Shown one piece after another: positions 58,075 through 64,000 of a DNA stretch of 64,000 nt (the first letter of the stretch is position 1; each line of letters starts with the position of its first letter). The notes beneath the pieces are model-generated. The model did no database searches. It was not told the DNA's origin and saw only the letters and a program-made list of their open reading frames with translations. The position numbers were made by a program, and so were the translations under genes. This stretch comes from an uncultured delta proteobacterium (lineage in GTDB: Bacteria; Myxococcota_A; Polyangia; Polyangiales; Polyangiaceae): assembly GCA_963850305.1 (NCBI GenBank), contig CAWKKR010000001.1, forward strand, positions 544,001-608,000. The letters run 5' to 3'.

Positions 58075-59481
58075 ATGAGCCCCTCGCTCGAACGCGGCCT
58101 GAAGTCTCGGCAGGTGACGCTCGCCTTTCTGGCGACGTTCGGCATCACGGTGATCGGCCTGGTGCTGACGGCACTCCTGCTCCGCGAAAGGGCACTCAAG
58201 ATTCGCGACGTCGCGGACGCGATCACGAAGAACGCCGTGCCGAGTATCGAGCACCTGACGAGTATCCGCACGACGCTGAGGCACATCGAGCTCACCCTGG
58301 ACGACTTCGCCGATCGGAGTGCGCTCACGGGAGCCGCCATTCCGGAACCGCCCGGCGTAGAAGCGGAACGGGCGTCGCTTCGCCGGGCCTGGGGGGCGTA
58401 CACATCACTGCCGATGTTCCCTGGCGAGCGAACATTACAGCCAGGGCTCGCGCGAGGCCTCTCGGAGCTCGATTCGCTGATTTCCCGGCTTCTCTTCGAT
58501 ACACGCGAAGGCGATCGCACCAGAGCTCGGGATGATTTCGAGCGGGAGGTCAAACCCTTCTTCGATGAAATCGACGAGCGGCTCAACGAGGCTGAAGAGC
58601 TCAACGCGAACGGCAGCGCCGAGGCCGCGGCGACCGTGGAGTCGGTCCAGGAAGCGATGCAGCTCCTGTCGGCGATCTTGTCCGTGTCGTGCGCCCTCCT
58701 GGGCGTCATCGCGGCGATCGTGGCGGTGCGACTCTGGACCCAGTACCAGCGCGCGACGGACCAGCAGATCGCCGAGCTCGAGCTCTTCGCCGGGCGCGTC
58801 GCGCACGACATCCGCGGACCGCTCTCGTCGGTGGGGCTCGCGATCGCCGTCGCGGAGCGCACAGGAGGCAAAGATCCGGAGGTTCTCCGGCGCGCGAACC
58901 GTTCGATTCAACGGATCGCTCAGCTCGTGGAGGGACTGCTCCTGCTCGCCCAGGTCGTACGCTCGCCGCAAACCGATGAGAGCGCCGTCGTCCGGGACGT
59001 GCTCGCCGACGTCATCGAAGAATTCAAGCCGTGGGCCGTCGCACAGAATATCCAGCTCGAGCTCGGCGCCGCCGTGGACGCTGCAGTGGCGTGCAGCGCC
59101 GGGGTCCTCTCGAACATGACCAGCAACCTCATCGGAAACGCGATCAAGTACATGGGGGATTCCCCCGTCCGGCGCGTGACCGTCCGGGCGAGCACGGCGA
59201 ACCATCTGGTGCGAATCGAGGTGGACGACACGGGGCCCGGCATTCCAGCGGGCGCGCAGACGCGCGTCTTCGATCCTCACGAGCGCGCCGCATCCGCGAA
59301 CGTCGCGGGTCTCGGCCTGGGACTCGCGACCGTACGACGCCTTGCCGAGGTTCTCGGTGGTCGCGCCGGCCTCGCCTCGACCGAAGGCGTCGGCACCCTG
59401 TTGTGGTTCGAAGTCCCCAACACCGGCGGTGGTCGTCCGATCCCGCTCGGAGATGGTGCTTCAGCTTCTGCGAAAACGTGA
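58075..59481 (+). CDS. Membrane sensor histidine kinase with four-helix periplasmic sensor
   Basis: Two TM segments; AHDIRGPL (H box), NLIGNAIKY (N), DTGPGI (G1), GLGLGL (G2). Confidence 0.95.
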   Translation: MSPSLERGLKSRQVTLAFLATFGITVIGLVLTALLLRERALKIRDVADAITKNAVPSIEHLTSIRTTLRHIELTLDDFADRSALTGAAIPEPPGVEAERASLRRAWGAYTSLPMFPGERTLQPGLARGLSELDSLISRLLFDTREGDRTRARDDFEREVKPFFDEIDERLNEAEELNANGSAEAAATVESVQEAMQLLSAILSVSCALLGVIAAIVAVRLWTQYQRATDQQIAELELFAGRVAHDIRGPLSSVGLAIAVAERTGGKDPEVLRRANRSIQRIAQLVEGLLLLAQVVRSPQTDESAVVRDVLADVIEEFKPWAVAQNIQLELGAAVDAAVACSAGVLSNMTSNLIGNAIKYMGDSPVRRVTVRASTANHLVRIEVDDTGPGIPAGAQTRVFDPHERAASANVAGLGLGLATVRRLAEVLGGRAGLASTEGVGTLLWFEVPNTGGGRPIPLGDGASASAKT

Positions 59482-59496
59482 CCCGCTCGCATCGCG

Positions 59497-59540
59497 AGAA
59501 AACGCCGCGGGGAGCGCCGGCTCACGGAGCTCCCCGCGGC
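59497..59540 (-). terminator. Rho-independent terminator
   Basis: 12-bp stem GCCGCGGGGAGC/GCTCCCCGCGGC (59504-59540) followed by GTTTTCTC on the minus strand. Confidence 0.75.
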
Positions 59541-59554
59541 CACTCTCACTTCAT

Positions 59555-59715
59555 TCAATGCGACGTCCCATTCACGACCGTGGTGGCCGCGGCCGGACCG
59601 TTCGCGACCGGAATCACCGGTGGCGACGCGGGCGGCGCGACGGGCGCAGTCGTCGCGGGCGGCGACGCCACGGGCGCGGCCTGTACGGACGGCGTGATCG
59701 GGGATGAGAGACGGG
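59555..59715 (-). pseudogene. 3' remnant of a Pro/Ala/Thr-rich gene
   Basis: PITPSVQAAPVASPPATTAPVAPPASPPVIPVANGPAAATTVVNGTSH* with GC-rich third positions, then the terminator. No credible start; abuts the 22-bp array. Confidence 0.45.
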
Positions 59716-59724
59716 GTAACGAGC

Positions 59725-59878
59725 TCCCCTCGGTGGGTGAACACGTTCCCCTCGGTGGGTGAAGCTGATCACCTCGATGGGTGAAGCCGATCACCCCGGT
59801 GGGTGAACCTGATCACCTCGGTGGGTGATGCTGATCACCCCGGTGGGTCAAGCTGATCACCCCGGTGGGTCAAGCTGA
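59725..59878. repeat. Seven tandem 22-bp palindromic repeats, consensus TCACCYCGGTGGGTGAAGCTGA
   Basis: Units start at 59725, 59747, 59769, 59791, 59813, 59835, 59857; no unique spacers. Confidence 0.95.
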
Positions 59879-59905
59879 TGCACGACGGGAAATGTGGATC
59901 TTCAC
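59870..59905 (-). pseudogene. Probable truncated RelE/ParE-type toxin (MKIHISRRA then stop inside the array)
   Basis: GTGA overlap with the antitoxin stop; N-terminus resembles RelE/ParE starts; only 11 codons. Confidence 0.45.
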
Positions 59906-60135
59906 CGCCGAGAGCCTAGCTCCGCGAGCACCTCTTCCACGGAATACGTGGGTGCCCCTGTCTTGCGTTCTGTAATGGATGCGGCGATCTCCCGGTGCAG
60001 CGCTGCACGCTCCTCGTCGTCGAGATCATCCCAGCTGTCGGAAATCTCTAGCGGCACTTCGATGCCTTCCGGCAGATCCGTCGGCTCGTCGAGCTTGAGT
60101 CGACCGTTTTGCACGCGGGCTTTCAGTGGCTGCAT
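59902..60135 (-). CDS. Putative type II antitoxin (DUF104/AbrB-like N-terminus, acidic C-terminus)
   Basis: MQPLKARVQNGRLKLDEPTDLPEG.EV...WDDLDDEERAALHREIAASI...YSVEEVLAEL, 77 aa. Confidence 0.7.
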   Translation of the reverse strand: MQPLKARVQNGRLKLDEPTDLPEGIEVPLEISDSWDDLDDEERAALHREIAASITERKTGAPTYSVEEVLAELGSRR

Positions 60136-60263
60136 GGCTCCCATGATATCGCGCTTCGCTCCGTTACGCCCACCGATAGGGGCCCCGACGCACCGAGGCC
60201 GCGTGTGGGGCGGGGCCGCACGCGGCCGACACCCTGAGTCCCGAAGGCCGCCGCCCGTCCGAT

Positions 60264-61769
60264 TCACTCGGCGTCGAGCTCTCCGATGCGGCGGGTGATC
60301 AGGTCCGAGAGCGCCATGATGGTCGCCTGGGGATTCACGGCGCTCGGGCTCGGAAAGACGCTGGCGTCGGCAATGTAGACGCCCTCGACGCCACGCACGC
60401 GGCCCCGGGCGTCGACGGCTCCGTCCTCTTTGCTCATCCGGCACGATCCGAACACGTGCGTCGCGCTCATCTGGAGATGTTTCGCGCCGAGCTTCGGATC
60501 GAGGAGGCTCTCGGTGTCCTTCTTCGAGCGCATCTCGTCGACGGCTCCGGGGATGCCGGTGTGAACGTAGCGCGCGCCGACATCGAGCAGCGCGTCGGCT
60601 CCGATCTTCAAGCCTCGGTAGACGGTGCGCGCCTCGTCGTCGGGGATGTAGAGCTTCATGTCGGGCATGCCGTCCCGGCGGGCGCGAACGCGGCCGTGAA
60701 CGCGGGCGCGGTAGACGGTCGCGATGACGGTCGCGTGTTTCACTTCGTCGAGCCTTCGCAGGAACTCGTGCCCGACATCGCCCCAGCGCACCATGAGCAC
60801 GCTCGGCGGCGCCCAGAGGCACTCGTACTTCATGCCCCGGATCTCGTCGCTCATCGCGCCGTAGCCCTGAGTCGCCCCGACCCAGGGGTCGATCACTTCT
60901 TCCATGATGCCGACCATGCCGCCGCCGATGTGCGAGAAGAGAGTGCCACCCACGGCGCCGCCGGCCGTGATGCCGCTCCGCTGCAAGATCACCGGCGTGT
61001 GGAGCACGCCCGCCGCCAGAACGACGACCGGAGCACGCACGCGGAACGTCGCGACGTCCCTGAACCCGCGCGGATCGACGATCCGACCCTCGACGCCGGT
61101 CGCGCGCGTCCCGTCCATGGAGACGCGATCCACATGCGCGCATGTGAAGACCTCGGCCCCGTCCTCGACGGCGTCCTTCACATATGATCGATCGACGGAC
61201 TGTTTTTTCCCGCTCGCGCACCCGACGAAGCAATCGGCGCAGCCTTCGCAATCCACGACGGCGCGTGGCAACGGCTTTCCGTCCATCTTCGCCGCCGCGA
61301 GCGCGGACCGGACGACGAGATTGCGCCGCCCCATGACGGCCATGGGCGTCGGAGCCACCCGCGTCCGCGCGAAAACGCGCGCGTACGCGACGTCGAGCTC
61401 GCGGCTCGTGAACAGCTCGAGCCCTGTTTCCTCGCGCCAGGCCTGCCGCACCCAGTCGGGCAGCTCGAGCATGATGGCGGAATTGACGACCGTGCTTCCA
61501 CCGAGGCACCGTGCCTGGAGCGTCGGGATCTGGGTGGTCCCGCCAATCATCCGGAGTCCCCCTTCCCAGAAATACCGAGCCATGAAGATCGGCGCGTCGC
61601 GCGTCATCTCGGCGGGTCCGATGACAGGCCCTGCCTCGACGACGACCGTTCGAAGTCCCGCGCGGGCCAGGTTCGCCGCAGCCACCGCGCCGCCCGCACC
61701 CGAACCGACGACCACTGCATCCGCGGTCACGTCGAGGCCCAGCCGTACGTCTGCCAGGAGATGAATCAC
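60264..61769 (-). CDS. GMC-family FAD oxidoreductase
   Basis: VVVGSGAGG, LGGSTVVN, CEGCADCFVGC, HVFGSCRM, ADASVFP..SAVNPQATIMAL; GTGA overlap with upstream gene. Confidence 0.95.
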   Translation of the reverse strand: MIHLLADVRLGLDVTADAVVVGSGAGGAVAAANLARAGLRTVVVEAGPVIGPAEMTRDAPIFMARYFWEGGLRMIGGTTQIPTLQARCLGGSTVVNSAIMLELPDWVRQAWREETGLELFTSRELDVAYARVFARTRVAPTPMAVMGRRNLVVRSALAAAKMDGKPLPRAVVDCEGCADCFVGCASGKKQSVDRSYVKDAVEDGAEVFTCAHVDRVSMDGTRATGVEGRIVDPRGFRDVATFRVRAPVVVLAAGVLHTPVILQRSGITAGGAVGGTLFSHIGGGMVGIMEEVIDPWVGATQGYGAMSDEIRGMKYECLWAPPSVLMVRWGDVGHEFLRRLDEVKHATVIATVYRARVHGRVRARRDGMPDMKLYIPDDEARTVYRGLKIGADALLDVGARYVHTGIPGAVDEMRSKKDTESLLDPKLGAKHLQMSATHVFGSCRMSKEDGAVDARGRVRGVEGVYIADASVFPSPSAVNPQATIMALSDLITRRIGELDAE

Positions 61770-62236
61770 GATGACTGCGCACCCGTACGGTCCGCGGGCT
61801 GGGCGCGGCGCACCTCGACGGGGAGCGGGTCCTCCGGCCTGGCGCACCCAGAGTACATGCCGACATACGCGAGGGCGGCGGGGTGCGACATGTAGATGAG
61901 GGTCGTCGTGGCCTTCAGGGCGTCGCCGAGGACACGCAGCAGGAAGAGCCGCGATCGGCGAAACCTTCTGACGGCGCGTTCGCGCCTCGCGATGGGAAGT
62001 TTCGAGAAACGCCCGAGGCCGGGCACGAGAAACGGCGCCAGAAGCTCGATGAACACGAACAGCGTGACCAGGAGACGCCGCTGCCGCGGGGGCAGCTCAC
62101 CCATGTAGTCGAACAGGCGCCGCACGAGATCGGTCGTGCGAAAGTCGGGGGCGCCGTAGTCGTTCTCGGGAAACAGGGCCTCGGCAACGCCGCGAGCGCC
62201 GTCCCGTGCGCGATTCGTGATGAATTCTTCCAGCAT
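61766..62236 (-). CDS. Small helical partner of the GMC oxidoreductase (gluconate 2-dehydrogenase subunit 3-like)
   Basis: RFSKLPIARRERAV...ALKATTTLIYMSHP..LAYVG pattern; translationally coupled to the GMC gene. Confidence 0.65.
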   Translation of the reverse strand: MLEEFITNRARDGARGVAEALFPENDYGAPDFRTTDLVRRLFDYMGELPPRQRRLLVTLFVFIELLAPFLVPGLGRFSKLPIARRERAVRRFRRSRLFLLRVLGDALKATTTLIYMSHPAALAYVGMYSGCARPEDPLPVEVRRAQPADRTGAQSS

Positions 62237-62365
62237 CCAGATCCGATGTCTTCCCGGCCGCGTCGAGCGCCACCGTACCTCACCCGCGGACGAGGGTTCA
62301 CGCGACGCGAAAACTCGTCTAGAGTTAAAGGTCACCCGGACGGAACTTTCCAAGGAGCATCGACA

Positions 62366-63476
62366 ATGGACGAAGACACGAAGAGCGCGGCGGAAGATCG
62401 GGGCGCGGCCCCCGCGCCCCATACTTCAGCGTTGAAGGACGGCCATCAGCGGTTCTTATCGCACGCCATCGAACACAGTTTCGAGTGCGGTCGAAGGACC
62501 GCGAGCGATTTCATCCGGCACTTCCCTCCGACGCTCATCATGGAGGGCCTGGAGCGACAGCCGGCGCTGCGCGCGTCCATCCTCGTCCTCACGACCGGCA
62601 TCAAGCAGCGGATCGCGATCAAGAAGGAATGGCAAGACGCGGCGGCGGATCTCCAGATCGCCCTGGACGAAGGCGAGGCCGACGCAGACGCCATCGTCAA
62701 GATCTTCGGCGCCGACGACCGCGTACGTTACCTCGACGCGACGAAGCTCTGGGCGTTCCTCGCGGAAGGCGAGTTCTGGAAGACTCCGGCGTCGGCGGAC
62801 AAGGCGCTCGTCGAACTCGCGCGTGGCCACCTGAGCTTCTTGTTGACCCGCGCGCTCGAAGACAAGCTCCTGACCCATCGCGACATCGTCGAGGGCATCA
62901 CGGTCGAGGAGCTGGCGAATCGACTACCGAAGGCCGACCTGGGTCGACTGATTCAATGCGCGCTCTCGAACGGCGCGAAGGGTGCGGCCTTCACCGAAGT
63001 CGATCTGCTCTCGACGGCGTCGATCAAACTGCTCGTGCAGCACGTCCCCTTGGCGCACATCTGGGAGACGGTGATCGTTCCGAGAATCGCGCAGCGCCAC
63101 GGCTTCATCGGTCACGCCGCCGCTCTCGCGAACGCGATCCCCGCGCTGCGAGAATTGCCGAAACCGGTCGCCGAAGCCGCCGCGCCAGTCAAAGAGGTCG
63201 CCAAGGAGGCCCCCAAAGAGGTCAAAGAGGCATCCAGCCTGAAGCCAGTGCCAGCCAAGCCGAAGGAAAAGGAGAAAGAGAAAGAGAAAGAGAAAGAGAA
63301 AGAGCCGGCGCGCGCCAAGGAAGCCCTCGGCAAGGAAATCAGAGATCAAGCCGGCACAGCCCGAGCCTGCGCCATCGCCGGCGGCGCCCGCAGCCGCCGC
63401 GTCGGTCCCCTGGTCGCTCCTCCCGGATGACGACGAGGACATCGAAACACTGGACGAGCAAGCGAAGACGGGCTGA
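62366..63476 (+). CDS. Hypothetical helical protein with KE-repeat tail; probable +1 frameshift at 63336-63338
   Basis: AAGGAG RBS. As read, it stops at 63430; removing one A gives EIKPAQPEPAP...WSLLPDDDEDIETLDEQAKTG* ending 63476. Confidence 0.7.
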
Positions 63477-63527
63477 CCGAGCGCGAGCGGCGCCTCGAAA
63501 CGCCGAGCGAATTTCGGGTCTCTTCCA

Positions 63528-63746
63528 GTAGTTCCCCACCGACGAGCAGCGTCGTCCCCGAAGCATCAAAGAGCCGCGGAACTACGCGAGCAAAGCGAGC
63601 ACGCCGAAGGCGGCGGGGGGAGCGGTCGCGAAGCGAGCGGCGGGGGGAGCGGTCGCGAAGCGAGCCGCGGGGGGCCAAGGTCCCCCGGGACCCAAGGAGC
63701 GGTCGCGAAGCAAGCCGCGGGGGGCTAAGGCCCCCCTTCCTGGTAG
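63528..63746. repeat. Third copy of the dispersed structured element
   Basis: GTAGTTCC...GGAACTAC, CGCCGAAGGCG hairpin, three GGAGCGGTCGCGAAGC sub-repeats, GGGGGGC-TAAG-GCCCCCC-TTCCTGG end; between convergent genes. Confidence 0.85.
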
Positions 63747-63748
63747 CG

Positions 63749-64000
63749 TCAGGGTGTCGAGGAAGCCGGCGCCGTCGTCACCGGCGTTCCGATGGGCGTA
63801 TCGGCGGTCGGCGGCGGCAAGGTCCGATCTTCTGCGGCCAGCGCCCCTCGCACATAGTCCGCGATGTCCCGCGAAAACAGGATGCCGAAGTGGCCGCGAC
63901 TCTTGACGACGAAATCCTCGCCCCGCGGCCCCAGACTCGACACGAGACCGGGAAACACGATGTTGTCGTGTACCGAGTAGACGCTGTGGAAGGCGGCGCG
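63749..64000 (-). CDS. Alpha/beta hydrolase (lipase/esterase-like), C-terminal part only
   Basis: SVYSVHDNIVFP...RGHFGILFS gives likely catalytic Asp and His; open to the window edge. Confidence 0.7.
   Translation of the reverse strand, partial: RAAFHSVYSVHDNIVFPGLVSSLGPRGEDFVVKSRGHFGILFSRDIADYVRGALAAEDRTLPPPTADTPIGTPVTTAPASSTP

Noticed and set aside
33579..59481. Response regulator (33.6 kb) and histidine kinase (58 kb) as a cognate pair
   Set aside because: 24 kb apart with no sequence evidence of pairing.
59725..59878. CRISPR array or plasmid origin
   Set aside because: No spacers, no rep gene, no AT-rich unwinding region or DnaA boxes seen.
59902..61866. 654-aa ORF
   Set aside because: Off-frame shadow of the GMC gene; only the last 77-80 codons look like a real protein.

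Overview
High-GC (roughly 70%, estimated by eye) bacterial chromosomal segment. Gene content suggests Myxococcota, probably Polyangiales (inference from Cys-rich vWA lipoproteins, lineage-type hypothetical proteins and dcw order). Positions 2.3-19.3 kb hold a minus-strand division/cell-wall cluster (mraZ-rsmH-ftsL-ftsI-murE-murF-mraY-murD-ftsW-murG-murC-ftsQ-ftsA-ftsZ; no murB or ddl) with an MraZ box and a sigma70-type promoter. The rest is housekeeping, envelope and lipid-metabolism genes: rsmE, a TamA/TamB pair, uvrC, a VanW protein, an OmpA protein, holB, thiE, a FadB-like enzyme, yebC, an IlvD-family dehydratase, a GMC oxidoreductase, an orphan response regulator and an orphan histidine kinase. 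No rRNA, tRNA, CRISPR array, transposase or prophage was found. Four genes carry single-base insertions that look like assembly errors (murF, tamA, tamB and a hypothetical at 63.3 kb). The most unusual signals are four repeat structures. (1) A three-copy dispersed structured element with a GTAG-footed palindrome and a 3' hairpin+CTRR end. (2) A ~18-unit 21-bp palindromic tandem array bracketed by imperfect inverted repeats, reading as a heptad in frame with an upstream degenerate M23 gene. (3) A 7x22-bp palindromic array that truncates a probable toxin gene behind an orphan antitoxin. (4) A lipoprotein made almost entirely of uncharged GG(G)xx repeats next to an OmpA beta-barrel. All annotations come from reading the sequence; no searches were run.
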